64,000 bases of DNA, from positions 123,020 to 187,019 of the forward strand of contig CAVYRA010000001.1 of assembly GCA_963770745.1 (NCBI GenBank), written 5' to 3'. A program made the translations under genes and the position numbers. Positions 10,521 through 19,552 of this stretch are shown one piece after another; the stretch's first letter is position 1; each line of letters opens with the position of its first letter. The stretch comes from an uncultured Rikenellaceae bacterium (GTDB lineage: Bacteria; Bacteroidota; Bacteroidia; Bacteroidales; VadinHA17). The notes beneath the pieces were generated by a model, which saw nothing but the letters and a program-made list of their open reading frames with translations, had not been told where the DNA came from and ran no database searches.

Positions 10521-11552
10521 ATGGCTGAAGAGGAACTGCCTGAATTGCAGGAGCAGGAGCTCTATGAGCACTATCGCTATGTGGTTGACCCAGGTCAGTC
10601 GTTGCTCCGCATAGACAAGTACCTTGCGGCACGCATTGAGAATGTGTCACGCACCCGCGTGCAGGCAGCCGCGCAGGCCGGAAACATACTTGTCAATGAG
10701 GCACCGGTAAAACCCAACTACCGTGTAAAGCCACTGGATGTTATTCAGATACTGCTTCCCAACCCCCCTCGTGAGATAGAACTCATACCGCAGGATATAC
10801 CGATAAGCATCATCTACGAAGACGATGACCTGATCGTCGTTGACAAGGCTGCCGGCATGGTGGTACATCCGGCATACGGCAATTACTCAGGTACACTGAT
10901 GAATGCGTTGATGTATCATTTCAGGGACCTCCCCCTCTTTCAGTCGGGCGAGGTGAGGCCGGGACTGGTGCACCGTATTGACAAGAACACCTCCGGGCTC
11001 CTTGTCGTAGCCAAGAACGAGTATGCCCACAACAGGCTCGCCAGGCAGTTCTTCAACCGCACCACTGGCCGTCGCTACCTGGCACTGGTGTGGGGCACAC
11101 CTGACCCCGATGAAGGAACAGTAACAGGTCATGTGGGACGCAACCTGCGCGACCGGAAGATCATGCAGGTCTTCGCTGACGGCAGCCAGGGAAAGCATGC
11201 GGTGACGCACTATAAGGTCATTGAGCAGCTCGGGTATGTGTCGCTCATCGAGTGCCGTCTCGAGACGGGGCGCACTCACCAGATAAGGGTCCACATGGCA
11301 TGGTTCGGTCATCCGCTCTTCAATGACGAGGAGTATGGCGGTCAACGTATCCTTAAGGGCACCACCTTCACCAAATACCTGCAGTTCGTACGCAACTGCT
11401 TCGCCCTCATCCCGCGCCAGGCACTGCATGCACAGACCCTGGCCTTTGATCACCCGGTCACCGGCAAGCGGCTCTCCTTCGAATCACCCCTACCGCCCGA
11501 TATGGAAGCGGTTCTGGCTAAGTGGAGGGGTTATACGGCTGGCAGAGACTGA
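10521..11552 (+). CDS. RluA-family pseudouridine synthase with S4 domain (RluD-like)
   Basis: RIDKYL S4 domain, VHRIDKNTSGL, LETGRTHQIRVH and RQALHA motifs. Confidence 0.93.
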   Translation: MAEEELPELQEQELYEHYRYVVDPGQSLLRIDKYLAARIENVSRTRVQAAAQAGNILVNEAPVKPNYRVKPLDVIQILLPNPPREIELIPQDIPISIIYEDDDLIVVDKAAGMVVHPAYGNYSGTLMNALMYHFRDLPLFQSGEVRPGLVHRIDKNTSGLLVVAKNEYAHNRLARQFFNRTTGRRYLALVWGTPDPDEGTVTGHVGRNLRDRKIMQVFADGSQGKHAVTHYKVIEQLGYVSLIECRLETGRTHQIRVHMAWFGHPLFNDEEYGGQRILKGTTFTKYLQFVRNCFALIPRQALHAQTLAFDHPVTGKRLSFESPLPPDMEAVLAKWRGYTAGRD

Positions 11553-11553
11553 G

Positions 11554-11611
11554 GAATTTGCGATTGTCGATTGTCGATTGTCGATTTAATCAAATTTGCG
11601 ATTTGTGATTT
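11554..11611 (+). repeat. Left arm of CGATTnn heptamer inverted repeat flanking the four-helix-bundle gene
   Basis: gaatttg cgattgt cgattgt cgattgt cgatt (11554-11586), then taatc and further degenerate units (aaatttg cgatttg tgattt). Confidence 0.9.
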
Positions 11612-11658
11612 AATTAGAAATGTTCTCATTTTCCATATTATAGTAAAGTGGAATAATT

Positions 11659-12021
11659 GTGGAAATGAAAGAGCAAATCCAATTGCGGTCGAAGAAATTG
11701 GCTATTGGAATCGTAAGGTTGTGCGGTATGCTGCCAAAAACTGAGTCCAACAAGATAATAAGCCGTCAGCTAATAAGGGCATCCTGCTCTGTGGGGGCTA
11801 ACTATCGTGCGGTGTGCAGGGCAAAATCACCTGCTGATTTTATCAATAAACTTAGTATAGTTGAAGAAGAAGCCGATGAGAGTATTTTCTGGCTTGAGCT
11901 TCTCGGGGAACTTGAAACCCGATTTTTGGACACTATCTCAGTTTGTATCCGGGAAATGACAGAAATTCTCTCCATAATCGTGGCAGCCAGGAAAACTTCA
12001 AAACAGAGGTTTCAGTCCTAA
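11659..12021 (+). CDS. Four helix bundle protein (23S rRNA intervening-sequence protein / TIGR02436-like)
   Basis: 120 aa with QLIRASCSVGANYRAVCRAKSPADFINKLSIVEEEADESIFWLELL signature. Visibly more AT-rich than neighbouring genes. Start GTG 11659 or ATG 11665. Confidence 0.92.
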   Translation: MEMKEQIQLRSKKLAIGIVRLCGMLPKTESNKIISRQLIRASCSVGANYRAVCRAKSPADFINKLSIVEEEADESIFWLELLGELETRFLDTISVCIREMTEILSIIVAARKTSKQRFQS

Positions 12022-12052
12022 TCGACAATCGCAAATCGGCAATCGACAATTC
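12020..12052 (-). repeat. Right arm of CGATTnn heptamer inverted repeat
   Basis: aatcgac aatcgca aatcggc aatcgac aattc, an imperfect reverse complement of 11554-11586. Confidence 0.9.
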
Positions 12053-12858
12053 TACCAGCTTCCGCCTGCCCCGCCACCGCCGAACCCGCCGCCGCCAAAG
12101 CCGCCGAACCCGCCGCCGCCACTGCTGCCACCGCCGGAGAATCCTCCCCAGCTGCCGCCATGCGACCGCCCGCCACCCATCATGCTTAGAAGAAGCCATA
12201 GAGGCAGGTTGCCTGAACCGCTCTTCTTCAGATGCTTGTTGTTTGAACTGCCGGAAGAGACAATCACGATAAATATGATAAGAATAATGAAGAAAATTAT
12301 GCCGGGCACTGCTGGTGACGGTGACCCTCCTGCATAACTCTGATAGGAATACTCTCCGGCAGCAAGGGACATCAGCACATTTGTGCCGGCATCAAGCCCT
12401 CCGTAATAATCGTTCTCGCGAAACCGCGGCAGTATCTCCCTGTCAATGATATCGGCGGCTGCAATGTCAGGAATGGCCCCTTCAAGGCCGTAGCCCGTGG
12501 CAATGAAGATTTGTCCCGTGGACCTCTCTGATTTGGTTTTGACAAGTATGAGCAACCCGTTGTTGAAGTCGCCCTGTCCTACTCCCCAATCCTTCGCCAC
12601 CCTGTATGCAAAATCTGACCGGTCATACCCCTGAAGATCATTTACAACCACCACGGCAATCTGGTTCGATGTCGAATCATTGAATGCAACCAGCTTATTC
12701 TCCAATGCCTGTGTTTCGGAGGCAGAGAGGACGCCTGCAAAGTCGTTCACCAGGCGCGGGGGGTCAGGCCTGGCAAGGAGAGTCTGAGCCTCAAGACTGA
12801 GTGAGAAGCCAAGGAGCACTGTCAGGCATAAAACAGAACTCAGCTTATTCATTTTCAT
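12052..12858 (-). CDS. TPM domain-containing protein (YgcG-like) with Gly-rich tail
   Basis: VNDFAGVLS, QIAVVVV, WGVG and IATGYGLEGAIPD motifs, ending FGGGGFGGGGAGGSW. Confidence 0.9.
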   Translation of the reverse strand: MKMNKLSSVLCLTVLLGFSLSLEAQTLLARPDPPRLVNDFAGVLSASETQALENKLVAFNDSTSNQIAVVVVNDLQGYDRSDFAYRVAKDWGVGQGDFNNGLLILVKTKSERSTGQIFIATGYGLEGAIPDIAAADIIDREILPRFRENDYYGGLDAGTNVLMSLAAGEYSYQSYAGGSPSPAVPGIIFFIILIIFIVIVSSGSSNNKHLKKSGSGNLPLWLLLSMMGGGRSHGGSWGGFSGGGSSGGGGFGGFGGGGFGGGGAGGSW

Positions 12859-13307
12859 ACCCCCGGTTTATTAATGTCAAATGAGATGGTGTCAGTGAGC
12901 TCGTTTATGTCGTCCTTGGCATACGGGAAATGCTCCTTCATCTGTTCACCGGCCTTGATTATACCCTCGGTAAGGCCCTCGGTGAAGAGTTCCTCACTGA
13001 ACCTCTGCTTCATGTGATCACGTATGTTGTCCCAGAACCCGAGTGGCACCACGGCATTGATCCCCGTATCTCCGATGATGGCATACTTGTGTTCCTTCAA
13101 CGCTAAGTAGATTAGAACCCCGTTGCGATCGACCGTCCTGTGCATGCCCAGCTTCCTGAAGAGCCATGCTGCCTCATCGAGCACATCACCTTTGCATGAT
13201 GTCTCAATATGCACGCGGATCTCTCCCGAAGTAGCATGCTCGGCCTCACGTATGGCGCCGACAATAGCCTCCTGCTGCTCAGGGGTAAAGAATGTCGAAG
13301 CTTTCAT
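12855..13307 (-). CDS. TPM domain-containing protein
   Basis: AIREAEHATSGEIRVHIE, RNGVLIY and DDINEL motifs. Usual partner of lemA. Confidence 0.88.
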   Translation of the reverse strand: MKASTFFTPEQQEAIVGAIREAEHATSGEIRVHIETSCKGDVLDEAAWLFRKLGMHRTVDRNGVLIYLALKEHKYAIIGDTGINAVVPLGFWDNIRDHMKQRFSEELFTEGLTEGIIKAGEQMKEHFPYAKDDINELTDTISFDINKPGV

Positions 13308-13318
13308 CACACTGATTC

Positions 13319-13921
13319 TCAGAACTGAACCGTCGGCGCCACATCTGTGCCTTCACGGGCTTCAAAATAGGGCCTGTCGTTGAATTTAGTGAAGGAGGCA
13401 ATCAGGTTGTTCGGGAACTGCTTGATGAAGGTATTATAGTTCCTGGCAGCATCGTTGAAGTTGTTCCTGGCAACGGCAATGCGATTCTCCGTGCCCTCAA
13501 GCTCAACCTGCAGGTCACGGAAATTCTGGGTGGCCTTTAGCTCGGGATACCGTTCCACAACAACCATCAGGCGGGCGAGGGCAGAACTGACTTCGCCCTG
13601 GGCAGCCTGAAACTCCTGCATCTGTTCCGGAGTGATGTTAGACGGGTCAATGGTCACCTGCGTGGCCTTGGCCCTTGCCTCAATGACCCGCGTAAGGGTC
13701 TCCTGCTCAAATGCAGCGGCTCCCTTGACGGTGTTTACAAAATTCGGTATGAGATCCGCTCTCCTCTGATACTGCGTCTCGACATTGCTCCACTCTGTGG
13801 CCACCTTTTCATTCATCGGCACGATCTTGTTGTAGATCCCTACACCCCAGGAAATAAACAGCAAAAGGGCAACAAGTACAATCACTACTACCACAATTCT
13901 GCTAACAGGTTTCTTTTCCAT
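13319..13921 (-). CDS. lemA: LemA family protein
   Basis: QYQRRADLIPN, VVERYPELKA and LEGTENRIAVAR motifs. Start reassigned to MEKKPVSR at 13921, downstream of a TAAATTTG box at 13949-13956. Confidence 0.93.
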   Translation of the reverse strand: MEKKPVSRIVVVVIVLVALLLFISWGVGIYNKIVPMNEKVATEWSNVETQYQRRADLIPNFVNTVKGAAAFEQETLTRVIEARAKATQVTIDPSNITPEQMQEFQAAQGEVSSALARLMVVVERYPELKATQNFRDLQVELEGTENRIAVARNNFNDAARNYNTFIKQFPNNLIASFTKFNDRPYFEAREGTDVAPTVQF

Positions 13922-14079
13922 TTTCCGTTTGATAATTTGATTCAGTGTCAAATTTAAATAAAAAACAGTCTCGGTGACACAGGAGTAAACTCCCTGCCCT
14001 CGGTTTGTAAGCAGGTTTTTTTTATTTGCATATTCGCGCGATGGTAAATAGTGTATTTTTGGGGCAAAATTGCAGAGTA

Positions 14080-15048
14080 ATGAGGACCATAGCCATTGTT
14101 GCAGGAGGAAATTCATCCGAATACCCGGTTTCAGTCCGCAGCGCCCAGGGCGTTGCAAGGGCACTGGAAGGAAAATATGAGACTTATATCGTCACAATAA
14201 AGGGCACCGACTGGTTCTGGGAGGATTCGAAAGGCCGCGTTTATAGGGTAGACAAGAATGACTTCACCCTTATGCTTGATGATCAGCGCATCAGGTTTGA
14301 TGCAGCCTTCATCTCCATTCACGGCGATCCGGGAGAGAACGGTCCCCTGCAGGGCTATTTTGATATGACAGGGATACCCTACACAAGCTGCAATGCCTTC
14401 GTCTCTGCGCTGACATTCAACAAACAGGCCTGCAAGCTTTACCTGAACGAGTATGGCATCCCAATGACGGGCGGACTGCTTATCAGGAAGGGACAGCAGT
14501 ATGATGGCGACAAGATAGTAAGGCAGACTGGCCTCCCCTGCTTCGTAAAGCCCAACGCAAGCGGATCAAGCTTCGGTGTTACCAAAGTCAAGGAAGAGGG
14601 AGATTTTGCCAAAGCCCTTGAAATGGCTTTCGCCGAAGGTGATGAGGTGCTTGTGGAGTCATTCATGAAAGGAACTGAAGTGGCCTGCGGTGTGGTTAAG
14701 ACGAAACAGAGGAAGATAGTCATGCCGGTCACGGAGATTGTTCCCAAGAAGGAGTTCTTCGATTATGAGGCAAAATATATCGATGGTTTCTCTGAAGAGA
14801 TAACTCCGGCGAGGTTGCCGGAGGAGGTGACTGCCCGCATTCAGGATCTCTCGTCGGAGATCTATGACATCCTGGGCTGCCGCGGTATTGTCAGGGTCGA
14901 TTTCATTGTGACCGGAGAGGGTCCCCAGTTCCTGGAGATAAACACCATCCCGGGCATGACTGAGGAGAGCATCATCCCCAGGCAGGCAGCAGTGTTCGGC
15001 ATCTCCCAGACCGACCTCTACTCAATGGTCATCGAGGATTTATTCTGA
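14080..15048 (+). CDS. ddl: D-alanine--D-alanine ligase
   Basis: GGNSSEYPVS, IHGDPGENG, FVKPNASGSSFGV, FFDYEAKY and EINTIPGMT motifs. Start MRTIAIVAGG at 14080. Confidence 0.95.
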   Translation: MRTIAIVAGGNSSEYPVSVRSAQGVARALEGKYETYIVTIKGTDWFWEDSKGRVYRVDKNDFTLMLDDQRIRFDAAFISIHGDPGENGPLQGYFDMTGIPYTSCNAFVSALTFNKQACKLYLNEYGIPMTGGLLIRKGQQYDGDKIVRQTGLPCFVKPNASGSSFGVTKVKEEGDFAKALEMAFAEGDEVLVESFMKGTEVACGVVKTKQRKIVMPVTEIVPKKEFFDYEAKYIDGFSEEITPARLPEEVTARIQDLSSEIYDILGCRGIVRVDFIVTGEGPQFLEINTIPGMTEESIIPRQAAVFGISQTDLYSMVIEDLF

Positions 15049-15061
15049 TTCGTAATTCCTA

Positions 15062-15136
15062 ACAATACTTGATGGCCTACAGCCAAAAATTGCATTTTAA
15101 TCCCTTGTTCTACAATACTTTATGACCTACGGTCAA
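15062..15136 (-). repeat. Two REP-like GTA-loop hairpin units at 50-nt spacing
   Basis: Minus strand reads TGACC-GTA-GGTCA TAAAGTATTGTAGAACA, then a spacer, then TGGCT-GTA-GGCCA TCAAGTATTGT. Confidence 0.75.
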
Positions 15137-15143
15137 CTCCTCA

Positions 15144-15310
15144 CTATTGCCTACTGCCTATTGCCTACTGCCTCAAATGACTGATGACTGCTGACTGAAG
15201 ACTGAACTTCACTATTGCCTATTGCCTACTGCCTATTGCCTGAATTGACTGCCGGCTGAGGACTGAAGACTGCCGACTGGCCTATTGCCTACTGCCTATT
15301 GCCTACTACC
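15144..15310 (-). repeat. Composite heptamer tandem-repeat array (TAGGCA[A/G] blocks alternating with GACTGnn blocks)
   Basis: Plus strand shows (ctattgc/ctactgc)n x3 separated by tgactga/tgactgc/agactga and gactgcc/gactgaa runs. Confidence 0.9.
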
Positions 15311-17535
15311 TCTTTAGCCTCCACCAGCCGGGTAATAAATGCCGTTACCTCAGGTTGTTTTGAGAAATTGTATTTCGCACGCGTGGGACCCTTACCCACC
15401 TTGAGGGAGATGGCATTGTCAGGCAACGCCCCGAAAAGCTCCTCATCGGTCTTGTCATCACCGATGGCAAGAATGAAATCATTCTTCCCAGATGCGGTCA
15501 GTTTCTTTGCTGCAGTACCCTTGTTATACCCTGACATCTTCACCTCAACCACCTTATGTCCGTCAATGACTTGCAGCGGCATGTTAGTTATTGATTCCTC
15601 AAGTTCATTTTTCAGTTCTATAGCCCTGAGGGCTGCAAGATCCGGATCAGCATTGCGGTAATGCCATGAGAGGGAAGCCCTCTTCTGCTCCACGAAGGAG
15701 CCCTTGCATCTGTTGGTGAACCTGTTGAGAAGGGGAAGGATCCTCTCTTTCCATGAATCATCCTGTTCAAGAGACGACTCCCACTCCCCATCGGGATACC
15801 GGATGAAGGCCCCGTGCTCCGCCACAAGTGTCAGGTTAAGGTTGGAAAACCATTTATCGAGGAAATCCCTGTTACGGCCGCTAATGATTACAACATCAGT
15901 CACCGCTGCCAGCCTTTCGGTAAGCACTATCAGCTTCATTTCAGGTATGGCCATCTCGGGCAACTCTCTAATCGGCACAAGCGTGCCGTCATAATCAAGG
16001 AAGAGTAACGGGGCGCGCGCCTTGCAGAATGATTCTATGATCCCGTTTTCGATATCACGGTTGATAAGCCTGACCCTGAAACTCTGCCTGTCAGCCTTTA
16101 CCTTAACGGTTGTCCTGAGGATGTCATCGGCCCATGAGAATACATCATAATCGCGAAGCCTTCTTTTCATAGTTTCAATGCGCTCTCCCTTTTCTTCCTC
16201 ACTCATGGTCAGAGCCTGGTATATTGCATCTGCCACCTGCGAAATATCCGACGGGTTGACCAGTATCGATTCGCTCATCTCCGCAGCTGCTCCTGCCAGC
16301 TCGCTGAGTATGAGCATACCGTAATGCTGGTGCTGTGCTGCAACATACTCCTTGGCCACCAGGTTCATCCCGTCACGGAGTGGTGTCAGCAGTCCGACGT
16401 CGCTGTGCGAGTATAGGGCGACCAGCTCATTAAATCTCAATGACTTGTACTGATATATAATTGGATTCCAGTCCAGGGTGCCGTATTTGCCGTTTATGCG
16501 TCCTACCGTGGCCTCAATCTCCTTCTTCATCTCCTGGTAGCGGACAATGGTATCACGTGAGGGAACCATCACCATGTTGAATATCACCCTTCCCCTCATG
16601 TTACTGTAACGCTCAAGGAAAAGCTCAAAGGCAGCCAGCCTGTTGAGGAATCCCTTGGTGTAATCAAGCCTGTCAACTGAGAAGATTAGCAGGCGGTCAC
16701 GCTTTTGCTTGCGTATCCGCGAAATGAATTTTTCCGTCTCAGGCAGCAGGACGGCATCATTGAATTTTTTATAATCAATGCTTATCGGAAATGCATCAGC
16801 CCGTGAGTATATCTCGTCTGACATAACGGTATTGAGCGAAATGTCATAGCCGAGAGACCTTCTTACCGATTTCAGGAAGTGCTGTGCATAGTCATGAGTA
16901 TGAAAACCTATCAGATCAGCCCCTAAAAGTCCCTTCAATATTGCTGCCTGGTAGCCGTCCGGCATAATTCGGAATACCTCATATGACGGGAAAGGAATAT
17001 GCAGAAAGAAGGCTATCGACGCCTCAGGGAACTCCTCCCTGACCATTCCCGGCATCAGGAACAGCTGATAATCATGTATCCAGATAAAATCGCCCGGTCT
17101 GATTATCTTCTTCAGCTCCCTTAAAAAGAGCTGGTTTGCCTTACGATAGTTTTCGAAATAACCCTGTCCGAAAACCGCCATGGAAGGGAAATAATGAAAC
17201 AAGGGCCAGATGAGGTCATTGCAGAAACCGCCGTAGAACTTCTCATTGACACTGTCAGGTATCTTTACCGGCACAAGTTCGAAAGTCTCCTTCACCTCAT
17301 CAAGTGAGTTCATCTTTTCGGCAGCGTGTTCACCTTTGCCTACCCAAACGGTCTTATCCATTACGGAGGCGCTATCAGTGTTTCTCATCCTGTCGGTCAG
17401 TGAGAGCACTGCAGAGACCAGCCCTCCGGTGTTCTGAACTGCCGTGAGGTTACCGTTTCGCTCTTTAAGGGTGAACGGGAGCCTGTAGGCAACGATTACT
17501 ATTCTCTTGAATTCCGGTAGTCTGCTGTTTTCCAT
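15289..17535 (-). CDS. Bifunctional trehalose-6-phosphate synthase/phosphatase (OtsA-OtsB fusion)
   Basis: GT20 motifs (WIHDYQL, FFLHIPFP, VDRLDYTKG, PLRDGMNLVAKEY) plus HAD motifs (FLDYDGTL, IGDDKTDE). Start reassigned to MENSRLPEF. Confidence 0.95.
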   Translation of the reverse strand: MENSRLPEFKRIVIVAYRLPFTLKERNGNLTAVQNTGGLVSAVLSLTDRMRNTDSASVMDKTVWVGKGEHAAEKMNSLDEVKETFELVPVKIPDSVNEKFYGGFCNDLIWPLFHYFPSMAVFGQGYFENYRKANQLFLRELKKIIRPGDFIWIHDYQLFLMPGMVREEFPEASIAFFLHIPFPSYEVFRIMPDGYQAAILKGLLGADLIGFHTHDYAQHFLKSVRRSLGYDISLNTVMSDEIYSRADAFPISIDYKKFNDAVLLPETEKFISRIRKQKRDRLLIFSVDRLDYTKGFLNRLAAFELFLERYSNMRGRVIFNMVMVPSRDTIVRYQEMKKEIEATVGRINGKYGTLDWNPIIYQYKSLRFNELVALYSHSDVGLLTPLRDGMNLVAKEYVAAQHQHYGMLILSELAGAAAEMSESILVNPSDISQVADAIYQALTMSEEEKGERIETMKRRLRDYDVFSWADDILRTTVKVKADRQSFRVRLINRDIENGIIESFCKARAPLLFLDYDGTLVPIRELPEMAIPEMKLIVLTERLAAVTDVVIISGRNRDFLDKWFSNLNLTLVAEHGAFIRYPDGEWESSLEQDDSWKERILPLLNRFTNRCKGSFVEQKRASLSWHYRNADPDLAALRAIELKNELEESITNMPLQVIDGHKVVEVKMSGYNKGTAAKKLTASGKNDFILAIGDDKTDEELFGALPDNAISLKVGKGPTRAKYNFSKQPEVTAFITRLVEAKEVVGNRQ

Positions 17536-17546
17536 TTCATCTTTTT

Positions 17547-19328
17547 TTACAGGAATACGGGCCTGTCCAGCCTTGCCGCAATCCGATATATCGCATTCAT
17601 CAGTCCCACATGGCTGTATGTCTGGGGGAAGTTGCCCCACTGGCTGCCATCAAGTCCGGCATCTTCACTGAAGAGCCCAAGATGGTTGGAGTATTCAAGC
17701 AGTTTTTCAATGGTTCTGGCTGCTTCATCTACCTTGCCGGTGGTTGCCAGAGCTTCGGCATACCAGAAGGCGCACACAAGGAAGGTTGTTTCTGGTTTAC
17801 CGAAGTCATCATCATGAATATACCTGTAGAACAAACCCTCCTCTGTCTTCAGGTGCTCAGCCAGCGCAGCAAGATGCTCACGCGCCCTGTCCCCCGAAGG
17901 GTCAAGATAATTCATTGTCACAAGGTGAATGGTGGCGGCATCATAGTTATTGTTGCCAATGGCCTGCATGTATGCCTTCAGATCGGTGCGATAGCACAGT
18001 TCGATCTTCTCCGCAGCCCTGGCGGCGAGCTTCCCTGCCTTGGCCCTGAGGTCATTGTCTGAAAAGTAGGCGGCGATCTTCTCTGCAGCCTTACTCCCTG
18101 CCCAATGGAACAAAAAGGTGTAGCAGTTCTCCTGCATCCTGTTACGGAACTCCCAGATCCCTGCATCTGGCTTCTCCATCGTCTCCTCAATGCGGCTGAG
18201 GAGCCAGTAGATGACCTCTCTCGACTTCTTATAGGAGAGGTAATTGAGCCTCCTGTCAATATAGAGCGGCAGGAGACTGGCAAGAACCTGCCCGTAGATG
18301 TCATACTGCTCCTGGTAATAGGCATCATTGCCAAGGTGCACCGGCCTGTTCCCCATATATCCCTCAAGATCAAGTTCTTTCTCTTTCGGGACAGCTGTGC
18401 CGGCGATGGAGTACATGGGATTTATCTTCACCTTCTCTGACAGAATGATATTCTGGATATAGAGAAAATATTTCTCCAGTTCGTCGAAGTGCCCGAGATT
18501 GTTGAAGGCGTTAAGTGTATAGTACGAATCTCTCATCCAGCAGTAGCGGTAGTCCCAGTTCCTTCCGGCACCCGGCGCCTCCGGCAGGCTGGTGGTGCCT
18601 GAAGCAATAATGGCCCCGGTATCCTCAAACTGATGAAGCTTAAGTACCAGTGCTGACCTGATGATCTCATCCTGAAAGATATTGGGTATGGAGGTGTTTT
18701 TGATCCAGTGTCCCCAATATTTGGAGGTCTTCTCCAGAAAATCGTCAGCCGTAGCCTCAAGCGGTGCCTCCAGCGGAACACCGTATGTAAAGGCCATGTA
18801 ACATGTTTCATTTAGTATAAACGGCTGATTATTTATGATATAGGTAAGAGGCATATTTGTTGTAAGCCTGACCTGTGTATCAAAATTAAGGAACCGGATA
18901 TGGTTGCTGCCCGCTACGATCTGAGGTTTGAAAGCCCCGTAACTCCCTACCGGTTCACACTTCACGGTAATAAACGGATTGCCGTCAATAAGCTCTATCT
19001 TGCGGATGAGCATCAGTGGCCGGTAATACCTGTCGTACTGGTAGAACCGTGGGGCAAAGTCGGTAACCCTGAATTTGCCGTCATCTGATATGAATTCAGT
19101 TGTAAGGATATTGGTATTCTTCAGGTATGTCTGGAAGGTATAAAAATCCTTCCCCGCCGGTTTGATGGAGAACTCACCACCTTTAGCGTCGTCGAGCAAT
19201 GATCCGAACAGAAAGCTGCTGTCGAACCTCGGCATGCACATCCATTTTATCTCTGCTGTCTTGTTTATATAGGCAAGAAATGAACAATTGCCTATCACTC
19301 CCATGTCATACTTATGAATGGATTCCAT
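17547..19328 (-). CDS. Glycoside hydrolase family 15 (trehalase/glucoamylase-like)
   Basis: TTSLPE, RNWDYRYCWMRD, DAGIWEFR and GNFPQTYSHVGL motifs. Confidence 0.92.
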   Translation of the reverse strand: MESIHKYDMGVIGNCSFLAYINKTAEIKWMCMPRFDSSFLFGSLLDDAKGGEFSIKPAGKDFYTFQTYLKNTNILTTEFISDDGKFRVTDFAPRFYQYDRYYRPLMLIRKIELIDGNPFITVKCEPVGSYGAFKPQIVAGSNHIRFLNFDTQVRLTTNMPLTYIINNQPFILNETCYMAFTYGVPLEAPLEATADDFLEKTSKYWGHWIKNTSIPNIFQDEIIRSALVLKLHQFEDTGAIIASGTTSLPEAPGAGRNWDYRYCWMRDSYYTLNAFNNLGHFDELEKYFLYIQNIILSEKVKINPMYSIAGTAVPKEKELDLEGYMGNRPVHLGNDAYYQEQYDIYGQVLASLLPLYIDRRLNYLSYKKSREVIYWLLSRIEETMEKPDAGIWEFRNRMQENCYTFLFHWAGSKAAEKIAAYFSDNDLRAKAGKLAARAAEKIELCYRTDLKAYMQAIGNNNYDAATIHLVTMNYLDPSGDRAREHLAALAEHLKTEEGLFYRYIHDDDFGKPETTFLVCAFWYAEALATTGKVDEAARTIEKLLEYSNHLGLFSEDAGLDGSQWGNFPQTYSHVGLMNAIYRIAARLDRPVFL

Positions 19329-19461
19329 AGTGTGTCAATATTAAATCAGGCTGCCCCTGCCAGGGTACGGCAGCTAAGTGTACCGGTCCCCGGGAGGGGG
19401 TGGCTACAAGATACTCAATTATTCGGATATGAACCCGAAGTGCCGCCTGAAGACTTCACTG

Positions 19462-19527
19462 AGCCCTCCCTGCAGTCTGGCTCCTTCGCTCAAATGACCC
19501 ACCGGGTCATTTCTTGTCGCTCGGCCC
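19462..19527 (-). other. Intergenic structured element with perfect 9-bp hairpin
   Basis: AAATGACCC-ACC-GGGTCATTT (19492-19512) within AGGGCCGAGCG...GGGAGGGCT on the minus strand, directly after the gcvP heptamer array. Confidence 0.5.
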
Positions 19528-19528
19528 T

Positions 19529-19552
19529 CTATTGCCTACTCCCTACTGCCTA
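19529..19552 (-). repeat. TAGGCA[A/G]-type heptamer array at the gcvP 3' end
   Basis: Minus strand: taggcag tagggag taggcaa tag. It contains the gcvP stop codon. Confidence 0.8.

Noticed and set aside
11659..12021. Diversity-generating retroelement, suggested by the Avd-like four-helix bundle
   Set aside because: No reverse transcriptase and no TR/VR repeat pair with adenine-specific mismatches was seen in the window. The gene is also not inside a 23S rRNA gene.
12055..12180. CCG-rich tandem repeats
   Set aside because: These are the codons of the normal Gly-rich tail of the TPM protein.
13922..14164. Extended N-termini in the ORF track for lemA and ddl implying overlapping divergent genes
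   Set aside because: Family homology begins at 13921 (lemA) and 14080 (ddl), and the gap is an AT-rich promoter region.
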